DNA of 62,007 bases, taken from positions 1 through 62,007 of the forward strand of contig CACGIM010000003.1 in assembly GCA_902573115.1 (NCBI GenBank), in the 5' to 3' direction. Numbering within the stretch: the first letter of the stretch is position 1; every line of letters begins with the position of its first letter. The position numbers and the translations under genes are program-made. Positions 30,993 through 42,531 of the stretch are shown here, in pieces. The notes under the pieces were generated by a model. It ran no database searches, was not told the origin of the DNA, and saw only the letters and a program-made list of their open reading frames with translations. Source of the DNA: an uncultured Candidatus Poseidoniales archaeon. GTDB lineage: Archaea > Thermoplasmatota > Poseidoniia > Poseidoniales > Thalassarchaeaceae.

Positions 30993-33900
30993 ATGATGAA
31001 AGAAATAGTAGAGAGTTACTTCAAGCAAAGAAGCCTAGTCAACCATCAGCTGATGTCATACAATGACTGCATACCAGTCGGAGATGGAAAGGAAAGCAGA
31101 ATGGAAAGAATCGTCAGGAATATCAAGATAGGTACTGATGAGAATATGGATGATGATCAGGGAGGCCTAGTTAAACTGGATCTCTTAGACAAAGAAATTG
31201 TAGTCCGACTAAAAAACCTTAGACTCGGAAAACCTACAATAAAGGAGGCAAATGGGGCAGAGCATCCGGCTACGCCATTGGAGTGCAGGCTAAGAAAGCT
31301 GACCTACTTTTCACCGGTATTCCTCGACTTCAAGATTTTCCGAGACGATCTTCCTCCTTCTCCTGGTTCAGAAATGGGCTTCCAAGAGGAGAAGAGTGTT
31401 CACATCGGTAATCTTCCAATAATGGTTAGATCTGCACGATGCAACCTTCATCACAACCATATTGACGAGAATAGTAAGCTATCGCCCGAAACTAACGGAG
31501 AAGACTCTGAAAGATACACAAAACTACTGAGGAAGTCTGGCGAAGATCCATTGGACCCTGGTGGTTATTTCATAATCAACGGAACTGAAAGAGTGCTAAT
31601 CTCAATGGAGGACCTTGCACCTAACAGGGTGACTGTCGAGAAGAACAAGAAATACGCACACGAGACTCAGGTCGCAAAGATATTCTCCCAAAAGGACGGA
31701 GTTAGGAAACCTCTCAATGTCGAGAAAAGAAGGGATGGCATGCTCATGGTCAAGATTCCCAGCGCCGGGACAACACCGGTTCCATTAGTTCTACTAATGA
31801 GAGCTCTCGGTGTGGAGAACGACAGGGAAATTTTTGCCTCTATCGCCGGCCCACCAGAGGCAATGAAATTCACTGTGGCGAATCTAAACGATTTGAGGGA
31901 CAATGAGGAATATGGGGTGGACACTTCCGAAGAGGCTTTAGCATGGCTAGAAAAGAAATTTGCTGCAGGCCAACAGAAAGAATACCGAGAATCTAGAATC
32001 CAGAATCTTCTGGACAACGAGCTCCTGCCTCACTTGGGGTCCGATTTCGATAATCGATTGAAGAAAGCTATTTTCCTTGGTAGAATAGCCAGACAGGTGC
32101 TTGAAATGGCAATCAAGGACAAGGATCCCAATGACAAAGACCACTACGCAAACAAGAGAGTCAGGCTTGCTGGTGATCTGGTTGAGGACCTATTCAGAGT
32201 GAGCCTTCAGCAATTGGCCAGGGATCTAAAGTATCAGCTGGAAAGGCATCACAACAGGAAGAGGGAGCTCAGAATATCCTCCTGCCTGAGGCCAGATGTT
32301 CTCACCACGAAAATCATGCATGCACTGGCAACCGGCAACTGGGTGGGTGGTAGATCAGGAGTTAGTCAACTCCTTGACAGGACAACATACCTATCCGCTC
32401 TTTCACATTTAAGGAGGGTCACTAGCCCCCTTGTTAGGAGCCAGCCACACTTCGAGGCACGTGACCTTCATCCAACTCAATGGGGCAGGTTATGTCCAAA
32501 TGAGACTCCTGAAGGTCAAAATTGTGGTTTAGTGAAGAATGGTGCTCAGATGATAGACGTCTCTGAGGAAGTACCCGAGGTAGATGTGAAGGCACTCCTG
32601 AAAGAAGCAGGAGTAGATGACGATCCAGACGGATGGGCAGACGGTTCGAGGATTCACGTCAATGGTGACATTTTCGGACTGCACAAGAGACCTCACAAGC
32701 TAGTCACTCAGTTCAAAAGAAGACGTAGATCGGGGAGAATTAGACCAGAGGTCAGTGTAAGGCACGACTTGGAGAACAGGGACGTCTACATCAACACAGA
32801 CAGAGGGAGGATGCTAAGGCCACTTCTCATAATTGACCACGGTAGCCTGCAAATTACCAAGATGCACTTGGATGGTCTGCGCAATGGTGAAATTACATTT
32901 TCAGACTTAGTATCTGGCGGAGTTGTTGAGTGGGTCGATGCTGAGGAAGAAGAAGATCTTCTAATTGCGCCAAGGCCTTTTGACCTACCAGCTCTTTCTC
33001 CCAAGCACAAAAGACCGATTAATCCCTCAATGGTGGAATGGACCAACCTTGGTGAGCATGGAATTTCACATGCTAAGTTGCTTGCCGAAGTAAAGATGCC
33101 GAATGGCGAAACCAAGACCGAAAAAATTGAAGTCCCACTAAATTACTATCAAGAAAAAATCGACTCGCTAAAGAGGAAGGAAAAGAAGGCAAACACGGTA
33201 TTAGTTTACACCCACGTAGAGATTGACCCACAGCTCATTTTGGGGGTATGCGCTTCACTTGTCCCTTACCCAGAGCACAACTCAACTCCCAGGGTTACTG
33301 GTGGGACTGCAATGGTCAAGCAGAGCCTTGGAGTATCTTCATCTAACTTCAGATTAAGGCCCGACACAAGGGCACATGTGATGCATTATCCTCAGAGATC
33401 AATCGTTGGAACAAGGGCCATGAAGTCCACTAACTTCGACGAGAGGCCGGGCGGACAGAATCTCGTGGTTGCAATAGTCAGTCACCACGGATACAACATG
33501 CAGGATGCTGTGATAATGAACAGAGCATCTGTGGAGAGGGCAATGGGAAGATCAGCGTTCATCAGGACATACAATGCCGAAAACAAAAGGTTTCCCGGGG
33601 GCCAGGAGGAAAGAATAGAGGTCCCGGGAACAGGGCTTGATGAAATCAAGGGGCTAAAATCATGGGACTCATATTCTCACCTAGAAAGGGACGGACTCCC
33701 CGTTCCTGAGACAGAACTTACTAGCGAAGAGGGAGGAAGGTCAATACTAGTCGGAAAGACAAGCCCCCCTCGATTCCTAGAAGAAGCTCATGGGGCCTTC
33801 CTACAAGCACAAGAAAGAAGGGAATCATCAATGCTTGTTAGGCACGGTGAAAAGGGTTGGGTAGACAATGTATATGTCACAGAATCTCTCGATTCAGGCA

Positions 33901-34688
33901 GACTAGTCAGAATTACTCTAAGAACAAATAAGATTCCGGAGCTCGGGGACAAGTTTGCTAGCAGGCACGGACAAAAAGGAATCATAGGTAGGCTTGTCGA
34001 ACAAGAGGATATGCCATTTACAGAAGATGGGGTGATCCCTGATCTGTTGATTAATCCGCATGCCATACCTTCCCGGATGACAGTCGCTCACGTTCTAGAA
34101 ATGATCGGAGCAAAGGTTGGATCAATGGAAGGTAGGAGAATAGATGGAACGGCTTTTACTGGAGAAAAAGAAGAGTCACTAAGGTCTGGATTATTGAGAT
34201 CTGGATTAAAGCACACAGGAAGAGAATCCATGGTGAATGGAGAAACTGGAGAAGCATTTCCGGTGGATACCTTTGTCGGGGTGATATACTACCAGAGACT
34301 ACATCACCTAGTCAGCAGCAAGCTTCACGCAAGAAGCAGAGGCAGGGTCCAAATCCTTACTAGACAGCCAACTGAGGGAAGGGCTAGACAAGGTGGTCTT
34401 AGATTTGGAGAAATGGAAAGGGACTGCCTCATTTCACATGGTGCGTCAATGGTGATTAAAGACAGATTACTTGATGAATCAGACGGTTGGAATCTAATGG
34501 TATGCAACACCCCACGTTGCGGCCACATTGCCTATTACGATTGGAAGAGGAGGACTAGCGTATGCCCTGTGTGTGGGGATAGGGCAGACGTTCACTCGGT
34601 ACAAACATCTTACGCATTCAAGCTTCTCCTTGATGAGATGAAAAGTCTTGGTGTTGCTATGAGATTAGAACTGGAGGACAGAAGATGA
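30993..34688 (+). CDS. rpoB: RNA polymerase subunit B (unsplit)
   Basis: GGYFIING, ETPEGQNCGL, GDKFASRHGQKG, GLRFGEMERD. Confidence 0.99.
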   Translation: MMKEIVESYFKQRSLVNHQLMSYNDCIPVGDGKESRMERIVRNIKIGTDENMDDDQGGLVKLDLLDKEIVVRLKNLRLGKPTIKEANGAEHPATPLECRLRKLTYFSPVFLDFKIFRDDLPPSPGSEMGFQEEKSVHIGNLPIMVRSARCNLHHNHIDENSKLSPETNGEDSERYTKLLRKSGEDPLDPGGYFIINGTERVLISMEDLAPNRVTVEKNKKYAHETQVAKIFSQKDGVRKPLNVEKRRDGMLMVKIPSAGTTPVPLVLLMRALGVENDREIFASIAGPPEAMKFTVANLNDLRDNEEYGVDTSEEALAWLEKKFAAGQQKEYRESRIQNLLDNELLPHLGSDFDNRLKKAIFLGRIARQVLEMAIKDKDPNDKDHYANKRVRLAGDLVEDLFRVSLQQLARDLKYQLERHHNRKRELRISSCLRPDVLTTKIMHALATGNWVGGRSGVSQLLDRTTYLSALSHLRRVTSPLVRSQPHFEARDLHPTQWGRLCPNETPEGQNCGLVKNGAQMIDVSEEVPEVDVKALLKEAGVDDDPDGWADGSRIHVNGDIFGLHKRPHKLVTQFKRRRRSGRIRPEVSVRHDLENRDVYINTDRGRMLRPLLIIDHGSLQITKMHLDGLRNGEITFSDLVSGGVVEWVDAEEEEDLLIAPRPFDLPALSPKHKRPINPSMVEWTNLGEHGISHAKLLAEVKMPNGETKTEKIEVPLNYYQEKIDSLKRKEKKANTVLVYTHVEIDPQLILGVCASLVPYPEHNSTPRVTGGTAMVKQSLGVSSSNFRLRPDTRAHVMHYPQRSIVGTRAMKSTNFDERPGGQNLVVAIVSHHGYNMQDAVIMNRASVERAMGRSAFIRTYNAENKRFPGGQEERIEVPGTGLDEIKGLKSWDSYSHLERDGLPVPETELTSEEGGRSILVGKTSPPRFLEEAHGAFLQAQERRESSMLVRHGEKGWVDNVYVTESLDSGRLVRITLRTNKIPELGDKFASRHGQKGIIGRLVEQEDMPFTEDGVIPDLLINPHAIPSRMTVAHVLEMIGAKVGSMEGRRIDGTAFTGEKEESLRSGLLRSGLKHTGRESMVNGETGEAFPVDTFVGVIYYQRLHHLVSSKLHARSRGRVQILTRQPTEGRARQGGLRFGEMERDCLISHGASMVIKDRLLDESDGWNLMVCNTPRCGHIAYYDWKRRTSVCPVCGDRADVHSVQTSYAFKLLLDEMKSLGVAMRLELEDRR

Positions 34689-37600
34689 GTACACGAGACG
34701 CAGCCAAAATTCCAAAAAGGATAGACTCAATCAGGTTTACCCTAATGGATCCAAATGAAATTAGGAAGATGTCATCTGTTGAGGTAAAGACAGCTGATAC
34801 CTACAAAGATGATGGCCACGCTTTCAAACAAGGCCTGATGGATCCAAAGATGGGCGTAATAGACCCTGGAATTAGGTGCGAAACCTGTGGCAACAAACAC
34901 GAGGAGTGCCCCAGCCACTTCGGCCATATTGCACTAGAGCTACCAGTTTTGCACATAGGATTCTCTGGACTGATCAAGACATGCCTGAAGTCTACATGCA
35001 ATACCTGCAGTAAGGTCCTACTTCTGGATGCTCCAGAGACACACCCCACCGATCCAGAAAAGTCTGAACAGGACTATTACAGAGACAAGGTCAACGACAT
35101 CATACTCAAACACGGAGTAGGTGGCAGAGAATTCAAGAAGATAATCAAGGATATCGAAAACATATGCGCCGGCGCCAAAAGGACAATTTGCATGCACTGT
35201 GGAGCTGAGCAGGGCAAGATAATTCTAGATAAGCCAACTACTTTCAAGGAGAAGAAGGCCGACAAAGGTGAGCACAAGCTAAACGCCAGAGACATAAGGG
35301 AGTGGATGGAAAAGATACCAGACGAGCATCTAATATTCGTCGGTATGGAGAAAGACGTAAGTCGTCCGGAATGGACAATCATGAAGGTTCTGCCAGTACC
35401 TCCAATAACGGTACGACCCTCAATCACATTGGAGAGCGGGGATAGATCTGAAGATGACCTTACTCACAAACTCGTCGACGTTCTTAGGATAAATCAAAGA
35501 TTAAGGGAAAACAGAGACTCAGGAGCACCTCAGCTAATCGTTGAGGACCTATGGGAACTTCTACAATATCATTGCACGACGTACTTTGACAACCAGACTA
35601 GCGGAATACCCCCTGCGAGACACAGATCAGGAAGACCACTCAAGACCTTGTCTCAGAGGTTAAAAGGTAAGGAAGGAAGATTCCGGAGCAATCTATCAGG
35701 TAAGAGGGTTAACTTTTGTGCCCGTACGGTGATAAGCCCTGACCCTAATCTTGGAATTAATGAGGTAGGCGTACCCGTTAGGACAGCGAAAGAACTTACT
35801 GTCCCGATCAGGGCCACTAGTAGAAATAGGGAGCAACTAAGGCAGATGATCCTTAGGGGTCCCGATGTTCATCCTGGTGTTAACTACATTATCAGGGGAG
35901 ATAGATTTAGAGTCAGAATTACTGACCGAACGAAGTTTATTTGGGCAGGCTTCAGATGTTTGAATCCGGATTGCCATTCTGGAACGGAAGAGGAACCTTA
36001 CACGGGCTACCGACCAGATCTCAACGAAGTGCTCCCGGCTCCTAATTTCCTCCCAGGTCTCGTTCTCAAGGAACAAATGAGGAGAGACCCAATTACCGAT
36101 GACCTGGTACCCGAGTGGAATGTAAATTTGGAATCAACCCTCTGTAATCTCAAAGGAGAGGACGATACGGGGAAGTCACTGCCAGAAGATAATCCAGATT
36201 CGGTCATCCATCATCGCTGGAAGTGGCAGGTCGAAAACCCTGATGAGTACCTTCCAGAGCACTTGGAAGTCAGTTGCCCTCACTGTGGTAGCCCTGAAAT
36301 TGAGGATGAACACGGGAACGTCTATCCAACAGATGTCGAAGATAGGTTGAGCACCTACGACAGGGATGGCAACCCGAGGCCCGGTGTAGTGGTCGAGAGG
36401 CACCTAATCGATGGGGACGTTGCAATATTCAACAGGCAACCTTCACTTCATAGAATGTCTATGTTGGTACACGAAATCCGAGTCATGGAAGGGAAGACCT
36501 TCAGATTCAATCTTGCAGATTGCACCCCCTATAACGCCGATTTTGATGGGGACGAAATGAATCTGCACGTAATCCAGAGCGAGGAAGCCCGAGCCGAGGC
36601 CAGGATCCTCATGCGAGTTCAGGAACATATTATCTCCCCAAGATACGGTGGTAGCGTCATAGGAGGAATCCACGATCACATCACTGGAGCTTACCTCCTA
36701 ACCCATGGCGAAGCGTTCCTCCCGCAACAAGCTGCAATGGATGTCTTGAGCTCTATTGGATGGGAAGGCGACCTCCCCAAATTAGTAGAAAGGAACGGAA
36801 CTTCGGGATACTTGGGGAACGACATTTTCAGCCTCTTAGTTAGTGGTGGATTTAGTCTCAATTTCAAGAACAGGGCAGGAGAAGAGGTACACGTAACCGA
36901 GGGTGAGGTTTCCGGCTCTATCGACAAGAGGGGCATTGGGGCTGAAGATGGTAGACTCCTAGACGCGGTAGTGCAAACACACGGCACTACCACTGGCGCC
37001 GATTTCATCAACAAAATGACCAAGATGACAATAGCAATTTGTACTGCTTTGGGATTCACGACGGGTATCGATGACGAGGACCTTCCCTTGGCGGCGAAAG
37101 AAGAAATCGACAGGATAAACGCTCAGGCAAGCTCCGATGTTGATGCCGAGCTAGAGAAGTTTGGAAAGGATGGTAGGAGGTATGACGCCAGACCCGGTAG
37201 AACACCTTTGGAGACATTAGAGGAGAATATTTTGACAATTCTGGACTCAGCAAAGGCAGAGACCGGAAACGTTGCAAAAGCTCAACTTGAGGATCTTAAC
37301 TCAGCAGTCCTAATGGCCACATCCGGAGCAAGAGGTTCGATGGACAACCTTGCCATGATGGCCGGATCGATTGGTCAGCCAAAGGTAAGAGGTAAGCGTC
37401 TGGAGAGAGGCTATCAGGAGAGAGTTCTTTCCCACTTCCCCCGCAAGGTCAAGGGTGCTAAAGAAAAGGGATTCGTCTCATCATCATTCAAGAAGGGACT
37501 CGAACCAACTGAGTTCTTCATGCTATCAGTTTCAGGAAGAGAATCACTTGTTGATACCGCTGTAAGGACTAGCAAGTCAGGTTACATGCAAAGGAGACTG

Positions 37601-37780
37601 ATCAACGCTATGGATGATCTAAAAGTTGCTAATGACGACATGGCATCTGTACGAAATACGGCTAATCGGATCATTCAATTCGAATACGGCGAGGATGGAA
37701 CTGACCCCGCAAGAAGCAGGAAGGGAAGCCCATTCGACGTAGATCAAGTCCTCAGTGACGCCCTAGGGGGTGGAAAATAA
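34685..37780 (+). CDS. rpoA1: RNA polymerase subunit A' with Cys-rich insertion
   Basis: [44 protein letters not shown]. Confidence 0.99.
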   Translation: MSTRDAAKIPKRIDSIRFTLMDPNEIRKMSSVEVKTADTYKDDGHAFKQGLMDPKMGVIDPGIRCETCGNKHEECPSHFGHIALELPVLHIGFSGLIKTCLKSTCNTCSKVLLLDAPETHPTDPEKSEQDYYRDKVNDIILKHGVGGREFKKIIKDIENICAGAKRTICMHCGAEQGKIILDKPTTFKEKKADKGEHKLNARDIREWMEKIPDEHLIFVGMEKDVSRPEWTIMKVLPVPPITVRPSITLESGDRSEDDLTHKLVDVLRINQRLRENRDSGAPQLIVEDLWELLQYHCTTYFDNQTSGIPPARHRSGRPLKTLSQRLKGKEGRFRSNLSGKRVNFCARTVISPDPNLGINEVGVPVRTAKELTVPIRATSRNREQLRQMILRGPDVHPGVNYIIRGDRFRVRITDRTKFIWAGFRCLNPDCHSGTEEEPYTGYRPDLNEVLPAPNFLPGLVLKEQMRRDPITDDLVPEWNVNLESTLCNLKGEDDTGKSLPEDNPDSVIHHRWKWQVENPDEYLPEHLEVSCPHCGSPEIEDEHGNVYPTDVEDRLSTYDRDGNPRPGVVVERHLIDGDVAIFNRQPSLHRMSMLVHEIRVMEGKTFRFNLADCTPYNADFDGDEMNLHVIQSEEARAEARILMRVQEHIISPRYGGSVIGGIHDHITGAYLLTHGEAFLPQQAAMDVLSSIGWEGDLPKLVERNGTSGYLGNDIFSLLVSGGFSLNFKNRAGEEVHVTEGEVSGSIDKRGIGAEDGRLLDAVVQTHGTTTGADFINKMTKMTIAICTALGFTTGIDDEDLPLAAKEEIDRINAQASSDVDAELEKFGKDGRRYDARPGRTPLETLEENILTILDSAKAETGNVAKAQLEDLNSAVLMATSGARGSMDNLAMMAGSIGQPKVRGKRLERGYQERVLSHFPRKVKGAKEKGFVSSSFKKGLEPTEFFMLSVSGRESLVDTAVRTSKSGYMQRRLINAMDDLKVANDDMASVRNTANRIIQFEYGEDGTDPARSRKGSPFDVDQVLSDALGGGK

Positions 37781-39357
37781 TGGTAGTAAAGAGTGCCACT
37801 AAGAAGAAGCTAATGGATCTCGGTATAGAAGAAGAGTACGCTCACAAGCTAGCAGACGATAGAAAGTGGGACGACGTCAAGGGACTTTCGCCCGGCCAAA
37901 TAGCTCAAATCTGTGGGATTGATTCTGGGACGTCGCAAAAAATTCACGAGGTCATGTCCACCTCTGCTAAGTCATCTAGGTCCTCTGCTGCTAGCACTGA
38001 GAAAACAATAATCAGGAGGAGAGCTGCTAGGACTCGGAGAATAAAAAGATCCCTTCCCTTGCAGCCTTATGATGAAGAATCGAAGAAGGCTCAGATTGTA
38101 AGAGATATCGACAGCGAGGATGAGATGTACGTTCAGCTATCCAAGGCAGCAAGTGACTCCAAATCTACAATGACTCCGAAGATGATTGACGAACTTGTAA
38201 AAGGTCTACAAAAGAGAGGTGAAAAGAAGATATCGGCCGCAGCCGCTAAGAAAATAATCAAATCCGCTTCTCACTTTTATGATGAGGCAAGAGCAGTACC
38301 ACACGAGGCCGTGGGAATAACAACCGCCCAATCAATTGGTGAGCCGGGAACTCAAATGACGATGAGGACCTTCCACTACGCTGGTGTGGCGACAGTGAAC
38401 GTCACACAGGGACTCCCCAGAATCATAGAGATCGTCGATGCTAGGAAGGTTCCAAAGACCCCGACCATGATAATCTACATGGATGAAAAGAACTCAAAGG
38501 GTAAGCCACTAAAGACGAACGAGAAACTAGTCAGGGACATCGCGGCGGCGATAGAGACAACAACTGCCATGGACATAGCAACCATAGACGTTGATGTTGC
38601 GCAGAGAAACATTAGCCTGCAATTGAACAACTCTAACATGAAACTAAAGAATATGAGTGGAGCAGAAGTCAGGGACAAGCTTTCTCGGGCCCTTAGGCTA
38701 TATGTTCAGGCAGACAATGAGGACAAACCGAAGTCTCTTAGAATCATCCCGGGTGTTTCCAAGGAGGATGACTTGGCTAGTCTAGCCTCTGACCCGCCTA
38801 CATACACAGCACTTCTTCAATTGGAGGACAAGATCAAGAAGCTCAGGCTAAAGGGCCTACCGGGAATATCCCGAGCCACAGTTCAAGGGCCAACCTCTGA
38901 AACTGGAGAATACTATATCTCGACAATTGGATCTAACCTGGCGAAAGTAAGTGAGTACGATGGAATCGACAGGTCCAGAACCTACACAAACAATATCAAC
39001 GAAATTCATGACTATCTGGGGATCGAAGCAGCGAGACAGGCAATAATCAATGAAATGTGGGACACATTAGAAGGCGCTGGACTAGATGTCGATGTCAGGC
39101 ACCTCATCATGGTATCCGATGTCATGACAACCGGTGGAGAGGTAAGGGCTATCGGTAGGCACGGAGTCAGCGGAACGAAACACTCAATCCTGGCTAGGTC
39201 GGCTTTCGAGGTGACAGTAACGCACCTTCTAAAGGCCGGTGTTATAGGTGAAAGAGACATGCTTTCGGGAGTCACGGAGAACATCATTGTTGGACAACCT
39301 GTGGCATTAGGGACTGGAAGTGTAGAGCTATTCTACATACCCGAAGAAAATAACTGA
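37780..39357 (+). CDS. rpoA2: RNA polymerase subunit A'' with long N-terminal extension
   Basis: [43 protein letters not shown]. Confidence 0.98.
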   Translation: MVVKSATKKKLMDLGIEEEYAHKLADDRKWDDVKGLSPGQIAQICGIDSGTSQKIHEVMSTSAKSSRSSAASTEKTIIRRRAARTRRIKRSLPLQPYDEESKKAQIVRDIDSEDEMYVQLSKAASDSKSTMTPKMIDELVKGLQKRGEKKISAAAAKKIIKSASHFYDEARAVPHEAVGITTAQSIGEPGTQMTMRTFHYAGVATVNVTQGLPRIIEIVDARKVPKTPTMIIYMDEKNSKGKPLKTNEKLVRDIAAAIETTTAMDIATIDVDVAQRNISLQLNNSNMKLKNMSGAEVRDKLSRALRLYVQADNEDKPKSLRIIPGVSKEDDLASLASDPPTYTALLQLEDKIKKLRLKGLPGISRATVQGPTSETGEYYISTIGSNLAKVSEYDGIDRSRTYTNNINEIHDYLGIEAARQAIINEMWDTLEGAGLDVDVRHLIMVSDVMTTGGEVRAIGRHGVSGTKHSILARSAFEVTVTHLLKAGVIGERDMLSGVTENIIVGQPVALGTGSVELFYIPEENN

Positions 39358-39366
39358 GGTCTAAAG

Positions 39367-39663
39367 ATGGATATCGCAAGGCAACTAAAACAGGGCATCA
39401 ACAGCGGCACCATAGTGTTCGGACAACGTCAAACGGCCTCGGAATGCTCTAAGGGAGAGGCAAAGTTGGTGCTTATTGCTGCGAATTGCCCAGAGCCATT
39501 CATAGACGAGATAAGAAATAGCTTCCCCACTGTTCCCGTTCATCAAGTGGCAATGGTAAACCGCCAATTGGGCGCTGCCTGTGGTAAGCCATTTCCCGTC
39601 AGTTCACTTTGCATAGTTGATCCCGGTCAAAGCGATCTTCTACAACTCTCGCCAAATCTGTGA
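39367..39663 (+). CDS. rpl30e: 50S ribosomal protein L30e (eL30)
   Basis: KLVLIAANCP...LGAACGKPFPVSSLCIVDPGQSDL. Confidence 0.93.
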   Translation: MDIARQLKQGINSGTIVFGQRQTASECSKGEAKLVLIAANCPEPFIDEIRNSFPTVPVHQVAMVNRQLGAACGKPFPVSSLCIVDPGQSDLLQLSPNL

Positions 39664-39709
39664 GTAAACATCACCCTCACCCATAATTTAGGGTTTTCTT
39701 GAAAGTCAT

Positions 39710-40642
39710 GTGCCACTACGACACTACGTGGATGAGACACTAAAGGACTTGTTGGAAATTAGTGCGAACAATCTTTCCGTTCCGGATATCATCGAAGATG
39801 TTAACGGATTCACCTGTATTGGCGTTGCTGAGTCAATACCAGTACTAGGCCAAGGGGATACTGAAGTATTCGTGTGGCATGTCCCAGATGGAATTTTACC
39901 TCTCACAGGGGCGGAATTAACCAGATGGTCTTTGGACGCTCCTAGTGGCTTACATTGGATACTTAGCCAGAGAACAATACAGGGGGAATATGAACACATA
40001 GATGGAATAAATATTGAAATCTGGGGTCCCGAGGAAATTGCAACGTGGATAGGTGAATCAGTCTTATCAGGGGATCTAATTGCATATGCACCAAAATTCG
40101 AAGTTGACGAGATTGAACTTCGAAAAAATCCTTCAGAAGAATTCACCAGTCCAAAGACTCTGAGGCCACTAATCGACCCCGAAGTTTGGATATCCCAGAG
40201 AGGAATGGAGGGAGTCGGGCTCTCTCCTATTTTACTGGATGCCAGACTATGGTTGGTTGCTGGAGAAATCAAAGGGCCTAATGGACAACTAGAACCCGGC
40301 ACATGGAAAATTTTTGAGGATCCATGGGCCCTATCTCTTCAGATTATAGAAAATGAGGAAATTCTGAAATCCGCTGATTTGCGTTGTATAGGGCCTAATA
40401 CATCCTCTTGGATCACAAAGGAGCGGTTTTCACAAGAAGTAGTGAAGCTTCTTAGCGTTAGGAGAAGGGGTGAAATCACGAAGTCTGAATCATCCAGCTC
40501 GGTTAGAAGCACACTATTGCAAAAATGGGAATTTGACTTGGATGGCTCCAATATTAGAAGTACTGGCCTCTACATCCCAGGATGGATCGTTCACTTTGAA
40601 GAGGAGAAACTGCTGCATGGTAGGAATGGGCGTTTGTTCTAG
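39710..40642 (+). CDS. Hypothetical protein
   Basis: 310 aa ORF with normal composition; no family recognised. Confidence 0.65.
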   Translation: MPLRHYVDETLKDLLEISANNLSVPDIIEDVNGFTCIGVAESIPVLGQGDTEVFVWHVPDGILPLTGAELTRWSLDAPSGLHWILSQRTIQGEYEHIDGINIEIWGPEEIATWIGESVLSGDLIAYAPKFEVDEIELRKNPSEEFTSPKTLRPLIDPEVWISQRGMEGVGLSPILLDARLWLVAGEIKGPNGQLEPGTWKIFEDPWALSLQIIENEEILKSADLRCIGPNTSSWITKERFSQEVVKLLSVRRRGEITKSESSSSVRSTLLQKWEFDLDGSNIRSTGLYIPGWIVHFEEEKLLHGRNGRLF

Positions 40643-40643
40643 G

Positions 40644-41507
40644 CTAGTTCCTCTGAAGCATCATCAGCTCATCTGTTGAAAGAGTGTCTCCGGACATAAG
40701 TTTGGACATTAGGTCAGTAACATCCACCCTCTCCTCTTCGTCATCATCTTTCCTAGAGCCGGACAGTTTCAGAATGTCTTGCATCGAATGGATACACCTC
40801 AGGGAGATAATGTACCTATTGTGCTTGTCATCGGCATCATTCTTTGTTGAAGTTAGCTTCAGGTGCTCATTATTTGCTAACCCCCTCAATCTATCAACCT
40901 CGTTCGAAAGCTCCATCATCAGTGAGTGAGCTTCCTCTGACTTCTCTGATGCAGCCGTGACTGCATCATGGGCCTTCTGTTGAACCTTCTCAGCATGCTT
41001 TACTTCTTTCAAAACACTGGAGCTGCTAGCTTCCTCCTCCGCCCTCAAAGCCTTATATTCGCCTTGCAACCTTTTCATGGTAGAGAAAAAATCCTTCTCC
41101 TTTTTCGGACTTATCTGTCCAGTTTGGTGCCTCCATTCGAGTTTGTTCATCTGTTCCCTAACACTTCTTGAGGATTTTCCATTTTTCTTTCTTCCTTCGG
41201 ATATAGCGTCATGCTTCGATATGCCTCTCAGTTTTGATCTAACCTCTTTAAGCTCATTTGTCCTTTCTAATCTAATTTTTCTAAGCTCTGCAACTCTCCC
41301 GTTAGCTTCGTTTCTTATCGCCTTCTGTTTTTGGACTTCGATAATAAGCTCCTTTACTTGCCTATTAATTTCGTTCCTTCTATCTAGTTGGCCCCTAACC
41401 ATCACATTGAGCTCATCTCTTTGATTTTTATATTCAGAAAGCTTACCGCTCACTTCACCTGTCTTGGATTCAAATAAATCCGTTATATTCGACTGATTGA
41501 GTCCCAA
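40644..41507 (-). CDS. Archaeal long coiled-coil protein (COG1340-like)
   Basis: Heptads, LEWRHQT...EK, C-terminal SGDTLSTDELMMLQ. Confidence 0.78.
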   Translation of the reverse strand: MGLNQSNITDLFESKTGEVSGKLSEYKNQRDELNVMVRGQLDRRNEINRQVKELIIEVQKQKAIRNEANGRVAELRKIRLERTNELKEVRSKLRGISKHDAISEGRKKNGKSSRSVREQMNKLEWRHQTGQISPKKEKDFFSTMKRLQGEYKALRAEEEASSSSVLKEVKHAEKVQQKAHDAVTAASEKSEEAHSLMMELSNEVDRLRGLANNEHLKLTSTKNDADDKHNRYIISLRCIHSMQDILKLSGSRKDDDEEERVDVTDLMSKLMSGDTLSTDELMMLQRN

Positions 41508-41568
41508 GGTACCCCTCTGATCGTGCTAATTTGATATTCCATTTAAGCAATACCGAATTTTCTCCAAT

Positions 41569-42531
41569 CTAATCTCTTCGCGTGGCAATATTTCCCTTTC
41601 TGCTCCCTCTTCTCGAAACACTAAGTTTTCGCCCCTTCTTCCTAGTCTTCGGATTATTATTTCCCTCAGTTTTTTCGTTGCCCCCAGCCCCTTTTATTGA
41701 AGAAATACCTCCAGATTCCAGTAGTGCGCCCATTTCTTGTGCATTAAGAGCCCCTCCCTTAGCAGCAATTCCACGAATATCTGAAATTTTTATTCTACCC
41801 GATCGGCCCGATGAGATATTCGAATAACTTTCAATCCTCTTTACCTCTTTTTTGACCTCTCTCACTTTAATTTTAATTTCGTCAAGTCTTTTGTCTATCT
41901 GGGAAATTCTTTTGCTGATTTTGTTAATTTCTTTCCTGCTGATCTTATCTCCGCCTATGTCTGCGGAGTCTTGGATTTCAGAAACTGTATTTTGTGCCTT
42001 CTTTTTGTTTTCATCCAGCTTTGCTGATATCTTCCGCATCTCTGAAACATGCTCCATATAAATCGAATGTGCTTCTTCAGCCTCCCTCTTCCTAATGATG
42101 GAGACTTGAATTTCAAAAAATCTGCCGAATGATGATAGCTCAGACTTAAGCATCGGAACCAAAGTGAGTTCATTATCTATCGTTGTTAGGCCATTGTAAG
42201 TTTCTGATAGCCATTCTTCAAGAATTTTGGAAGGTGGTGGGATGAATTTGTTCGTTGAATCCCTTTTCTCTCTTTGTACCTGTGCCCCCTTTCTCGAAAT
42301 ATGAAACTTGTTAAGGAGATTCTTTCTACCAGAATTAGAAGCCTCCACACCGCTTATCGCCGATCTGAGTGATTTTACAATATGGACCTGATCTTTCCTC
42401 TCGGATCTGAGGGCCTTCATCTCGTTGTCGAGATAGTATATCTCGTTCTTCTTATCTTTGACCATAGACTTAATTTCATCATTTTCCAGGGCATCTAGGT
42501 CTTCCCATTTGCCTCCTGATGCTTGTTTCAT
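41569..42531 (-). CDS. Coiled-coil protein (divergent COG1340-like)
   Basis: K/E/R-rich heptads; KGGALNAQEMGALL; basic tail. Confidence 0.7.
   Translation of the reverse strand: MKQASGGKWEDLDALENDEIKSMVKDKKNEIYYLDNEMKALRSERKDQVHIVKSLRSAISGVEASNSGRKNLLNKFHISRKGAQVQREKRDSTNKFIPPPSKILEEWLSETYNGLTTIDNELTLVPMLKSELSSFGRFFEIQVSIIRKREAEEAHSIYMEHVSEMRKISAKLDENKKKAQNTVSEIQDSADIGGDKISRKEINKISKRISQIDKRLDEIKIKVREVKKEVKRIESYSNISSGRSGRIKISDIRGIAAKGGALNAQEMGALLESGGISSIKGAGGNEKTEGNNNPKTRKKGRKLSVSRRGSRKGNIATRRD

Noticed and set aside
35942-36380. RpoA' insertion as an intein
   Set aside because: No Cys/Ser start with a His-Asn end, no LAGLIDADG motif, and not at a typical conserved intein site.
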